A stretch of 64,000 nucleotides of DNA, taken from assembly GCA_963677485.1 (NCBI GenBank), contig OY781964.1, forward strand, positions 3,904,001 through 3,968,000, given 5' to 3'. Below the pieces are notes generated by a model. It searched no databases. It saw only the letters and a program-made list of their open reading frames with translations, and was not told the DNA's origin. Positions 1 through 9,700 of this stretch are shown here, one piece after another (the stretch's first letter is position 1; the number at the start of each line of letters is the position of its first letter). Both the position numbers and the translations under genes were made by a program. Source of the DNA: Armatimonadota bacterium. Lineage in GTDB: Bacteria > Armatimonadota > HRBIN16.

Positions 1-1
1 T

Positions 2-1030
2 CGCCAGTTTTCCACGATGGTGGATGCCGGCGTAAGCTTGGTACGCTGTTTGGATGTACTGTCATCACAGACAGCCAGTCCAACCCTTCGTAAGGTTCTG
101 CGTGAAATCCAGGCAGAAGTGGAAAGTGGACAGAGCCTTTCCAAATCGATGGCGAAATATCCGGGGATATTCAACAACTTATTTGTTGGACTTATCCGCG
201 CAGGTGAAGTCGGAGGCGTCTTGGAGGAATCCCTCCAACGACTAGCCGCCTTCTTGGAATCTGACGTGGAACTTCGTCGTAAGGTAAAGTCCGCTATGAC
301 ATACCCTGTCATCGTGGTTGTGGCCGCTTTGAGTATCGTGGGCTTCCTGGTCACGTTCATCCTGCCGAAGTTCTTTGATCTCTTCAAGGACTTAGGAATC
401 AAGGAAGACCAGTTCCCGGCCATGACTAAGGCGTTGATGGACATCTCGAACTTCATGGTCCAACGCTGGTACTTCGCAACATTAGGTTTCATAGTGTTTG
501 CGATTGCCTTCAAGGCGTTGATCTCGACCAAGTTTGGACGTCGAGCGTTCGACCTGGTCAAGTTGAAGGCTCCTGTATTTGGTCCACTTAACCACCGCGT
601 CGCCATCGCCCGGTTCGCCCGGACCCTTGGTACGCTGCTGAGTTCTGGTGTGCCTATTCTTGGTGCGCTTGAGACAGTGGCCGGCACGGTGTCCAACGAG
701 ATGATCTCCGAAGCGATTATGGAAGCCCGTGCTCGTATCCGTGAGGGAGACCGAATAGGACCCCCACTGGAGAAGAGTGGGCTTTTCCCTCCCATGGTTG
801 TACACATGGTGTCCATTGGTGAGGAGTCTGGTGCATTAGACTCGATGCTGGAGAAGGTAGCTGAGTTCTACGAATCTGAAGTAGACGCAGCTTTGGCTTC
901 ACTGACATCGGCGATTGAACCTGTGCTGATTGTTTTCCTTGGAGGCATGGTCGGGTTCATCGTTGTGGCGGTTATGCTGCCGCTGTCATCTCTAATTGCC
1001 AACCTGTCCGGTGGAAGTGGGGATGAGTAA
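2..1030 (+). CDS. pilC: Type IV pilus inner-membrane platform protein PilC (T2SS F family), 5' truncated by window edge
   Basis: Frame is open from the window edge (RQFSTMVDAGV). Two T2SSF repeats (GEVGGVLEESLQRLA; GEESGALDSMLEKVAEFYE), AMTYP and IEP motifs with TM helices. Confidence 0.95.
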   Translation, partial: RQFSTMVDAGVSLVRCLDVLSSQTASPTLRKVLREIQAEVESGQSLSKSMAKYPGIFNNLFVGLIRAGEVGGVLEESLQRLAAFLESDVELRRKVKSAMTYPVIVVVAALSIVGFLVTFILPKFFDLFKDLGIKEDQFPAMTKALMDISNFMVQRWYFATLGFIVFAIAFKALISTKFGRRAFDLVKLKAPVFGPLNHRVAIARFARTLGTLLSSGVPILGALETVAGTVSNEMISEAIMEARARIREGDRIGPPLEKSGLFPPMVVHMVSIGEESGALDSMLEKVAEFYESEVDAALASLTSAIEPVLIVFLGGMVGFIVVAVMLPLSSLIANLSGGSGDE

Positions 1031-2033
1031 TGAGGCTCTACGCGCCATGCCATATTGGTATGGCGCAAGCCTCCTTATCCTTTTTGGGGTGACGATAGGA
1101 AGCTTTCTTAATGTGCTGATCTATCGGTTACCCAGAGGCATATCAATCGTTACACCTCGGTCACACTGTCCGAGGTGTAAGCATGTTCTAGCAGAGCGGG
1201 ACTTAGTCCCGCTCTTAAGCTGGATGGTGCAGGGCGGGAAATGCCGTTATTGCAAAACCCCCATCAGCCCGCGTTATATGCTGGTAGAAGCTCTGACCGG
1301 AGTTTTGTTTTGGGGTGCATTTCATAGGTTTGGATATAGTATAGCGTTAATACCAACTTGCATATTCATGTCATGCCTGGTAGCTGCTTTTTTTATTGAC
1401 ATGGAATGCTACATCATACCAGACAGCCTGAATTTCGTTGCGTTGATGTGTGGGGCTTTCGTGGGTATGACCCAGGGAACTTACGCTAGCTGGGCTGTTG
1501 GGGGATGGTATCCTCCGCTTTGGCTGATCTCTTCGACGGTATCAGTCGGTGTGTTTGCACTTATTACGATCATTGGTCGTGCCGTTTTTGGGCGTGATGC
1601 CATGGGGTTTGGTGACCTTAAATTGGCAAGGGCGATTGGGGCACTATTACCGTTAATGCTGGCGATGTTTTCTTACGCTGTTGCGGTCGTACTCGGTACT
1701 GTATTTGGCATCGCCCTGGTAGTCCGTAACCGTCGAAAGATGGCGGTGGAAACTAAAGAATCGTCCGCTTCATCTGGCGATGTACCATTAAGCATCTGGC
1801 AGACGGTCTGGTACAGTCTGGCGGTGCTGTTTTGGGTTGATATGGTGTTAGATTTTATAGCCTGGATCAACCGGAAGGCTGTAGAACCTGAGGATACAGA
1901 AGAAGTAACTGGACCAACCATATTGCCTTTTGGCCCTTGTATGGTAATGGGAGCATTCTGTATGATCTTTTTCGGTGATACCTTCGTTACCCTGTGGTCT
2001 ACCTACATTAGGTGGGCAACAGGTGGTCAATAG
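1023..2033 (+). CDS. pilD: Prepilin peptidase / N-methyltransferase (A24)
   Basis: GSFLNVLIYRLP, Zn motifs CPRC and CRYC, catalytic Asp motifs FFIDMECYIIPD and MGFGDLKL, C-terminal PFGP. ATG at 1023 overlaps the pilC stop. Confidence 0.95.
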   Translation: MSNEALRAMPYWYGASLLILFGVTIGSFLNVLIYRLPRGISIVTPRSHCPRCKHVLAERDLVPLLSWMVQGGKCRYCKTPISPRYMLVEALTGVLFWGAFHRFGYSIALIPTCIFMSCLVAAFFIDMECYIIPDSLNFVALMCGAFVGMTQGTYASWAVGGWYPPLWLISSTVSVGVFALITIIGRAVFGRDAMGFGDLKLARAIGALLPLMLAMFSYAVAVVLGTVFGIALVVRNRRKMAVETKESSASSGDVPLSIWQTVWYSLAVLFWVDMVLDFIAWINRKAVEPEDTEEVTGPTILPFGPCMVMGAFCMIFFGDTFVTLWSTYIRWATGGQ

Positions 2034-2100
2034 TACACAACGGGGAACTGTCTATCGGGCCAAGGCGTCCAATAAGCAGACAAGAAAGGAAGGCGAAAAT

Positions 2101-2925
2101 ATGCGCTCCTTCAAAATGAATAATCGGGGATTTACGATGGTGGAACTACTCACCGTCATCGCCATCATCGCTATTTTGGCAGCGATTCTATTCCCTGTGT
2201 TTTCCACAGCTCAAGAGAAGGCCCGCCAAGCCTCGTGCATGGCGAACATGAACCAAATCCAGCAGGCACTGAAGATGTACAAGCTGGACGAGAGGGTTTA
2301 TCCTGAGATGCTGGTTGGCCCGGTCTTTACTAATAGTAATGGCTCGCTGATGGAATTTTCGCGTATACAATACGGCTTCCTAATGAAAGCATACGTGAAG
2401 GACCATACCATCTTTCATTGCCCTAATAACAGCTCCAGGAGCGGCATGGATGTCACCCCTGAGATGCGAATCTTGCGGCCTGACCCCAATGATGATAACA
2501 ACCGCACCTATGGGAGCAGCACCGACTACTACGGCATTACTTATCAAGTAAATGGAATCACAGCTTATACTTATGCATTTGAAAGCTATAGCGTGGGTAA
2601 AGAGTGTGACGGCAGTTTTACGGAGAAGTATAATGTCTATCGGCCGTACATGCCTGTAGCAAATAATGGTGCCTACGAGAGCGGCAAGTCTGATGATATG
2701 TGTCAACTGCAGTATAACAATCCTCCTGAAAACACTATCGTAACCTGGTGTACTAGTCACCGTAACTGTAACGGGTTACTGCCTGCTCCCCAAAGCTTCG
2801 ACCTCGTACTGCTTCTCAATGGGTCTGTCAAACGCGTGGACAGCATGCAGATGCTCACTCGCTCAAACGGCAACGACCCTAACTACAATGCAGATGGCAA
2901 CAACGAGCTTTGGTGTCTGAAGTAG
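2101..2925 (+). CDS. Type IV pilin-like protein (prepilin N-terminal cleavage/methylation domain), 274 aa
   Basis: Class III signal NNRG|FTMVELLTVIAIIAILAAILFPVF and AQEKARQASCMANMNQI. C-terminal H...LLLNGSVK resembles the H-X9-DG-type motif. Purine-rich RBS before ATG 2101. Confidence 0.9.
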   Translation: MRSFKMNNRGFTMVELLTVIAIIAILAAILFPVFSTAQEKARQASCMANMNQIQQALKMYKLDERVYPEMLVGPVFTNSNGSLMEFSRIQYGFLMKAYVKDHTIFHCPNNSSRSGMDVTPEMRILRPDPNDDNNRTYGSSTDYYGITYQVNGITAYTYAFESYSVGKECDGSFTEKYNVYRPYMPVANNGAYESGKSDDMCQLQYNNPPENTIVTWCTSHRNCNGLLPAPQSFDLVLLLNGSVKRVDSMQMLTRSNGNDPNYNADGNNELWCLK

Positions 2926-2988
2926 TCATACTGTTGGATGGCAAAGACAACCAAGCTATTGTGCAGGGATGCAGGGAGGCGAACTAAG

Positions 2989-4848
2989 ATGAAATGGAGC
3001 CAAATGCGAAGCAAACGCGGATCGACTCTGATAGAAGTATTGGCGGCGATTGCGGTCTTGGCCCTCGGTATCTTGGCGCTTCTACGAGTATTCCCTGCGG
3101 GATTTGCACTGACAAAGAATGCTGAGAACCGAACTCTGGCGGTATCACTCATCCGGCAGGAGATGGAGCACTGGAAAAATAACGCTGCTTCACTACCCAA
3201 GTCCGTGATGCCTGTGTTCGTTGATGCGACAGGCGATTTGGTCTACCAGCCCAATGTGCATCCCGACCGAATGACTCTGACAGCCGACGAGAAAGCGCAG
3301 TTAGCAGCCCTCAACATAGACCCCTATTGGTTTGAAGGAGCTAACCGCTTCCGACGCGTATACGGAGAAGCGGCGCGTATACCTGTACCTACACCTATCA
3401 ACTACGGTCTAGGAACTCAGCAGGGCGGGCTCTACATCATGATGACAGGCCCCGTCTATTACCGCGAGTATCGTAATGGCGGCACATTGAACGGCAGTAA
3501 CATCAACGTGCATGGCGGTGCGATGCGACGGCTGCAGTTCGATACTGACGAACGCACTCCTAGGCTGCGAAATGCCAGGGATTACGCTATCAACTACGAC
3601 ACAAACAGCGATTCACAGTATGAAGATGTGAGTATCTATGTTTACCCTGTCAAATATTCACGAATCTATACCATAAATTTTGACTACTACTCTGCTCAGA
3701 CCGGCAAAAGCAGGCTGTATTCAGCGAACAAGTCTTTTGAAGTAGGGCCGAATGAAAGTGGCCCTATCAATTTGGACACTGAACCGAGCAAAGACGGAAA
3801 AACCGTGATGGAATCTGGCTGGGAGATGCGATGGGGCAGTGAAGAGCTCAGCCGCGAGTTCCGTCAACTGGACGCGACCGCTCCAGCGGGAAGTGCTGAT
3901 GCCGACTGGTCTGATGACCCATATGAATATAAGATACTGCCCGTAGGCGATATCGCCACGATAGCCACCGGGATTACCGTGAGTGCTGGCGAAGCGAATG
4001 ATACTGCGAATGTTGGTGTCATCTTGTTTAACCCACTCGGGCGTGACTATGTGGAGCGCACTGCACGCGGAGCCGTCCCGCTGACAGCTTACATTGACTA
4101 CGATGTGATGGACTGGCGCGTCATACGTGAAGACCGCCTGGTTACGGGTGTTCCATCCGACATCAAGTTAACTTTGGGTCATATCAAAACGCGCGGAAGC
4201 TTCGACGAAAACAACGTAAGGTATCGCGGCATTGTCCATGGTGTCTCATCGCCAGACTTTGTGGCCGTGAACCTGACCACAGGGACGACCTTACAACCTC
4301 GAACACCTGCAAATCCCAATGGGGATTACGAGGTAGATTATCGGTCAGGTGTGGTGAAGATGCTGAACGATTCGGTAGTGAATGCCAATGTGAGGTTCTA
4401 CTATCAGGCCGAAGATGATTGGGGTATTCAGCTCATCAAGCCTTTCGACCTTTACAGAGAGCGTCTTAGCCCTAGCCTTTCCCAGCGTGAGTTCTATGTT
4501 GGTGGAAGCGATAATGGTGTTGGTAATTCTACCCGTATATACTTCCCGATTACGGATGCCAACAAGAGCGTGAGTATCTCTGAGATACATTACGTAAATT
4601 CAAGCGGCACCATTATCACGTTGCAGGATGTTCCGTTCCAGATCAGTCCTCAAACCGACAACACTGGTCTGTGTTGGGTGAATGTGAAGGCGATAGCGCC
4701 AGACATGGATACATTCGATTTCGATAGTTACGGATATGCTGTTCGTGGCGTGACCGGTACCTCCTTCAAGGTCAGAGCGATCTGGTATGAAGACGGCCGG
4801 GTGCGCATGCGTGACCTCGAAACGATGTTAGTCAGGGAGGCTGAATGA
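2989..4848 (+). CDS. Giant minor pilin, PilV/GspI-like position (619 aa)
   Basis: SKRG|STLIEVLAAIAVLALGILALLRVFP followed by helix AENRTLAVSLIRQEME. GGAGG before ATG 2989. Stop overlaps next start (ATGA). Confidence 0.85.
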   Translation: MKWSQMRSKRGSTLIEVLAAIAVLALGILALLRVFPAGFALTKNAENRTLAVSLIRQEMEHWKNNAASLPKSVMPVFVDATGDLVYQPNVHPDRMTLTADEKAQLAALNIDPYWFEGANRFRRVYGEAARIPVPTPINYGLGTQQGGLYIMMTGPVYYREYRNGGTLNGSNINVHGGAMRRLQFDTDERTPRLRNARDYAINYDTNSDSQYEDVSIYVYPVKYSRIYTINFDYYSAQTGKSRLYSANKSFEVGPNESGPINLDTEPSKDGKTVMESGWEMRWGSEELSREFRQLDATAPAGSADADWSDDPYEYKILPVGDIATIATGITVSAGEANDTANVGVILFNPLGRDYVERTARGAVPLTAYIDYDVMDWRVIREDRLVTGVPSDIKLTLGHIKTRGSFDENNVRYRGIVHGVSSPDFVAVNLTTGTTLQPRTPANPNGDYEVDYRSGVVKMLNDSVVNANVRFYYQAEDDWGIQLIKPFDLYRERLSPSLSQREFYVGGSDNGVGNSTRIYFPITDANKSVSISEIHYVNSSGTIITLQDVPFQISPQTDNTGLCWVNVKAIAPDMDTFDFDSYGYAVRGVTGTSFKVRAIWYEDGRVRMRDLETMLVREAE

Positions 4849-6848
4849 TGAAGCCCACGAGAGCTTATAACATAGCGGCAAATCGGGCCTTTACTTTGAT
4901 GGAACTGTTGGTGGTCATCGCGATCACTAGCATCCTCATGGGGATTATCATCAAGCCGATGATTGATACTTTCAACATGACTCAGCGTGTGCAAAAGATT
5001 GCAGATGCACAGAGTCAGGGGCGTTTGATCATCGCTCAGATCACGCGTGAAATGCAGGATGCGACCTACATCTTTGATAATAGCCTGGTATTCAACCCGT
5101 ACAGGAAACCGGCTGGCGATGCACTAAAAAGGGACGCTACGATCCTGGTTCAAGTGCCCAATCCTAACGATGGTTTGCTGGACAGCTTCTGTCTGCCATT
5201 TGCCAAGCTTGACATGGCGTTTGCCGTGAAGAAGACGGATTTGACAGCTACCCAGGTTGATCCGACAGATGGGTCACCGTATATTCCCCCGACTCGTCGG
5301 GCGGACCAGGAACCATATCTTCCGTTGCGGCAAAGCATGAAGATTGTGCGCTATTTTGTGGGTCTTCGCGACCCCTATAACCCGTATTACAACCGCAGCC
5401 AAATGGGCCGACAGAAGGCCGATAATCCCTATGTGCTGTGGCGTGCGGAGTTCTGGCTATACAACCCTGAGGATGGCTCACCCAACACCGCACTTTTTGA
5501 TCTGCTTGATGGGCAGCCTGTTCTCAACGACCCTGCTTTTTTCCAGAACACGGACACCGCACCTGCGAAAGTCGCTGGAGCAAGAGATATCAACGGGGAT
5601 GGCCGGATCAGTTATCTTGAAAACTGGATGGCGGTCAGCCGCGTTATCACCCAGTCAACAGGCGTGGATTTGATCTCAATCGGTCGTGACGCCCGGACGA
5701 AACAGATCCAAGTGGATTTGAATCCTGGACCAATGCAGGGGCGCATCTTTTCAGTAAGCTCTTTGATTAAGTTTACTCCTGAGATGATGGCTGGAGATGC
5801 TGCAGTGCCAGGGCAGGATGACGATGCTGCCAATGAAGCTGCTAGTGTAACCAGCGGGTCGATAAGAATGCCGCCTGCGATATACAAGACGAAGCATGGC
5901 AGTTGGACTTGGCCTGCCAATATAGTTCTCTTCCGCAGCGCGCCAGAAAGTCCTTCGGCCAACCAAAACCTGGATTACTACAAGACGATTGTGTATACAG
6001 GCAGTGCTAACGGCGGATGGCGAGCAGGGGACACCGTGATATCGCGTGTTCAAGAATCTGGTGGGAATACCTCAGAAGAACCTGTATTTAGCGTCAGCCT
6101 GGCTCAACGTCTCCGTGACTCCGGTTGTTTTGACCCTAACACCTATCAAGACAACCCATGCCAGACGATTGGTGACCCATTCCACAGTAGTGTCAGCCCT
6201 TCGGTCAAACCGGGTTCTCGGAGTTGGAATAACTTGATCCACGCTTTAGGGTTCCTTGCAGATGCAGGTTCGGGAGATATCAACTTTTCGTTACCTAGCA
6301 TGTTGTTGAACGCCAACCGCGACCCAGAGATCAAGGTGGCCGTGGATGATATCACGACATACGATGAAAGCGGACGACGCTATTTCATGCTGGACCGAGA
6401 CAAAAGCGCCAAACCGACGGGGCTCGGAGCTTTGAACGATGTCACGATTGTTCCCGGCACTGAGCGGGTGTTTGGGCCTGATATGCAGCCAGGGGCCGGT
6501 TACGGCCACAAGATCAGGTATGCCCGAGTGCCGTTTGGCAGTGGACGGATACCCGTCAACTGCTATCGAATACAGTATGCGCAGATGGGTGATAAAGATG
6601 CTGACCCATCATTACAAATAGGCTTCGTGCAGCTAAACAACGAAACACCTTTGGATACAGTGGCAGGTACTGAGTTCTCTGTCAGCTTCAACTTCCAGAC
6701 GAATAAGGCCACGGATGTGGTACGCGCAGACTATATGTCGCGTTCTGCGATGACGATAGCTCTGACCATGCGATTGTTTGACCGGCTGGGAAATCCTGCC
6801 GAGATTTCGCTGGGTAACACAGTGAAAATCCGCAATATATTACAATAA
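4845..6848 (+). CDS. Giant minor pilin, PilW/GspJ-like (667 aa)
   Basis: NRA|FTLMELLVVIAITSILMGIII; AQSQGRLIIAQITREMQDA helix and terminal TVKIRN strand, both typical of PilW/GspJ. Confidence 0.85.
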   Translation: MMKPTRAYNIAANRAFTLMELLVVIAITSILMGIIIKPMIDTFNMTQRVQKIADAQSQGRLIIAQITREMQDATYIFDNSLVFNPYRKPAGDALKRDATILVQVPNPNDGLLDSFCLPFAKLDMAFAVKKTDLTATQVDPTDGSPYIPPTRRADQEPYLPLRQSMKIVRYFVGLRDPYNPYYNRSQMGRQKADNPYVLWRAEFWLYNPEDGSPNTALFDLLDGQPVLNDPAFFQNTDTAPAKVAGARDINGDGRISYLENWMAVSRVITQSTGVDLISIGRDARTKQIQVDLNPGPMQGRIFSVSSLIKFTPEMMAGDAAVPGQDDDAANEAASVTSGSIRMPPAIYKTKHGSWTWPANIVLFRSAPESPSANQNLDYYKTIVYTGSANGGWRAGDTVISRVQESGGNTSEEPVFSVSLAQRLRDSGCFDPNTYQDNPCQTIGDPFHSSVSPSVKPGSRSWNNLIHALGFLADAGSGDINFSLPSMLLNANRDPEIKVAVDDITTYDESGRRYFMLDRDKSAKPTGLGALNDVTIVPGTERVFGPDMQPGAGYGHKIRYARVPFGSGRIPVNCYRIQYAQMGDKDADPSLQIGFVQLNNETPLDTVAGTEFSVSFNFQTNKATDVVRADYMSRSAMTIALTMRLFDRLGNPAEISLGNTVKIRNILQ

Positions 6849-6857
6849 GGGCGTGCC

Positions 6858-9680
6858 ATGCTGAGGTTTGCTATGTCACATATCATTACGAAAGCTCATC
6901 GGCGCAATTCAGGCCAGACGCTGGTCATTGCTATGCTGGTGCTCATGGTGATGGCTGGTTTGGGTACGCTCTTTCTAGCCATTGTGGGCCGAAACCTGCG
7001 AAACTCGCAACAGAGTGCTGAGATTGTCAGTGCTGAGTATTATGCTGAGGCTGGTGTACGATACGCTGACCAACGGCTGACATACAGCAACGAAGGTGCA
7101 GACTGGCGGCCGGTACCCGTTGACCCGATAGACATTGCTGCTGATGATCCTGATGCGCAATGGCTGCATCAAGGATATACCCGCATAGATTTTCAAAAAG
7201 GTAGATCGCTGATCCGGTTGAGTTATGATCCTCAACCCGATAACCCGGAAAGCCGATATCTGAAAATTGAGTCTATTGGACGTATCGGAAAAGTGAATCC
7301 GAACGACCCCACCACGCTGACAGGGCCAGAGACCACCCAGAAGCATATGTTGGTAGCCTATAAGGCCATCGGCCTGACAGACTACATGCGCTTCGTCACC
7401 AACAAAGACAAGCGCAAGAATCTGGCACTGGAACTGGGCTCGCCTGTCATATGGGAAACCTCTTCGGGTTCGGCTGGTAAAGAGTTTCCATCTGGGATGA
7501 CCGCGTGGGACAAAACACCAAATGACATTAAACCGCTTGCCATACGGTCTCTATTAGGGGCCAGTAAAGCAGTGGGAGCCGATGGTCTGAAAAGATTCTA
7601 CAATGACCCCGTTTTTGATCTGCTTGATGGCGGTGACGATGGGTTACTTGTGAGTGGAGCACCAATTCGTGTTAATGGCGACTTGAAACTCTACGGACCT
7701 ATGGATATATTCTTAGATCCCAAACGTGGGCAAAAGCTGGAAGTGGCGGGCGATATTAGCCTGGACCACAGCACCACCTCTGACATTTACGATCCTAATG
7801 ATGTGAATAAGCGAGACCGTTGGGCCAAAGTGTGGACCAACGATACCGACAGTGAGCTGATATACCCATCCAATGACAAGTTCAGCACCTTAAAGGGACT
7901 TGTGATGGATGGACGAGATGGATTTGATGCTGAAGGCAACCCGCGAAAAACCGCCTGGTTAGATCCACCATTGATAGATGATGCTGACCCTGTGAACAAC
8001 GTCACGCGTTACCTGCGTATGACGCGTAACAGCGGCGTGCTGATTGACAGCCGCACCCAAACAGGCACCTTTGGCTACGGGCGAGGTATGTATATCTCTA
8101 ACTGGGTAGACCAGCAGAATGGCGCAGGCTTCTTCGGTGGCAATTCACTGAGAAGTGAGTGGTTGAACCCTGGTTCGGGCCCCAACTGGCGCGGACCGTT
8201 CTATATGCCACCAGGCGCTATCGTTACATTCAACCCAGCCTGGCTGGGAAACTGGGTGCGTGCGATAGAAGGCAACAGCAGTGCCTCCTCCAATGCCCAA
8301 GGTTTCGCCATAGAGCTGACTTCAGGACAGAGATGGAGCCTGCCATCCGGACAGCGCACCAGCAACTCGCTGCTTGTTTGCTATTACCGGACACCAGGAG
8401 ATGCGTCTGATCAAACTCTGCGATACAGCATGTATAACAGGGGTTTGGGCCGTCCTGAACGAATTCGGAACCCGAAGCCATTGGCAGGCGATCCAGATGA
8501 AGATTTTCCGCCTTATAACGGCATCATCTACGCTGAGGGCAACCTGAGGGTCAAAGGCTCAATACCAGCGCGTCAGTTTACCGTGGTGTCGGGCAGCAAT
8601 ATCTATATTGAAGGCAACTTGATCCGCAGTGAGCGAAACTCGACGATTGCTTTAATGGCACAAAACAATGTGGTTGTGAATGCCACAATGTTTGTGGCAC
8701 CGGAGGAGATGCCCAGTTTCGTGGGCGGAATGACCGAAGGATCCACATCCTATCAAGTGATGCAGCAGGGCAGCTGGGCTAAATACTCGTTCCAGAGTGC
8801 TGAACTACTCAGCAAGTATGGAGCGGCCGCATCAAGCGGGCTTATGGCTTTGCTTACTCATAGCAATACTGGTGTGCCAGGTAGGGTTCCGTTCTGGGCC
8901 AACAGCAAATCGCTCGTCAGCGACCTGAAGGTCACTGCGGTTGCGCCGAGTTTCCAGCGTGATGTGGTAGACATTCCCATGACGCAGGATGCGAACCCTT
9001 ATTTGAATCTCGATGCCATGGCTGTCAATAATGTCTCTCTTGGACTTCAGACCGGCATTGGCAACTCAGGGGCTGTGTTTGACTATAACCTTGGACGGTT
9101 ATGGGTGCAACCTCTTGACGTGCGTATAGAAGCTTTGATTTACGCTCAGGATGGCAGTTTCGCCGTTGTTGCCGGACCATGGGCTAATAACAACAGCCGT
9201 GACACGGCAGAAAATCTGGCGATGTATTTGAACCCTGATGATCCCGCCAGTGTGGATCTGTCTTCTACATCGGCTTTGAACCGTCGATGGCAGGTTTCGG
9301 GAGTGCGCGATGCACGGTTCCCGTTCTATGCGGAGCCAGTGGATATCAGAGTCAGGCTGATTGGCAGCATCGCTGAAAACAGGCCGATGAGCATTCAAGA
9401 TCAGCGTGTATGGTTAGAGCATTGGGGTTGGATACCAACCCGATACGGATCTAGTGGCAACTCTGTGCCGGACCTTCACATCACGCCGAACCCTGCGAAG
9501 CCCACGGACGACCCGGGTGCTTCGCCCAACTTGACAATGGAGTATTGCTTCCCGCAACTGACAGCCGATGCTGATGGACATTATGCACAGCTTCGCGAGG
9601 ACGAGTATGGTCGGCCATTGCCGCCCATGCCTTCATTGCCAGTGTGTCCGGGGTTTGTATACTTCGGTAAGCCTAGGTAA
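6858..9680 (+). CDS. Giant minor pilin, PilX/GspK-like (940 aa)
   Basis: RRNSG|QTLVIAMLVLMVMAGLGTLF lacks Glu5, a PilX/GspK hallmark. AEYYAEAGVRYA helix, IESIGRIG strand, later beta-helix-like GIIYAEGNLRVKG..NIYIEGNL. Confidence 0.85.
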   Translation: MLRFAMSHIITKAHRRNSGQTLVIAMLVLMVMAGLGTLFLAIVGRNLRNSQQSAEIVSAEYYAEAGVRYADQRLTYSNEGADWRPVPVDPIDIAADDPDAQWLHQGYTRIDFQKGRSLIRLSYDPQPDNPESRYLKIESIGRIGKVNPNDPTTLTGPETTQKHMLVAYKAIGLTDYMRFVTNKDKRKNLALELGSPVIWETSSGSAGKEFPSGMTAWDKTPNDIKPLAIRSLLGASKAVGADGLKRFYNDPVFDLLDGGDDGLLVSGAPIRVNGDLKLYGPMDIFLDPKRGQKLEVAGDISLDHSTTSDIYDPNDVNKRDRWAKVWTNDTDSELIYPSNDKFSTLKGLVMDGRDGFDAEGNPRKTAWLDPPLIDDADPVNNVTRYLRMTRNSGVLIDSRTQTGTFGYGRGMYISNWVDQQNGAGFFGGNSLRSEWLNPGSGPNWRGPFYMPPGAIVTFNPAWLGNWVRAIEGNSSASSNAQGFAIELTSGQRWSLPSGQRTSNSLLVCYYRTPGDASDQTLRYSMYNRGLGRPERIRNPKPLAGDPDEDFPPYNGIIYAEGNLRVKGSIPARQFTVVSGSNIYIEGNLIRSERNSTIALMAQNNVVVNATMFVAPEEMPSFVGGMTEGSTSYQVMQQGSWAKYSFQSAELLSKYGAAASSGLMALLTHSNTGVPGRVPFWANSKSLVSDLKVTAVAPSFQRDVVDIPMTQDANPYLNLDAMAVNNVSLGLQTGIGNSGAVFDYNLGRLWVQPLDVRIEALIYAQDGSFAVVAGPWANNNSRDTAENLAMYLNPDDPASVDLSSTSALNRRWQVSGVRDARFPFYAEPVDIRVRLIGSIAENRPMSIQDQRVWLEHWGWIPTRYGSSGNSVPDLHITPNPAKPTDDPGASPNLTMEYCFPQLTADADGHYAQLREDEYGRPLPPMPSLPVCPGFVYFGKPR

Positions 9681-9700
9681 CCGAGTAGGAGGAATTCGCG

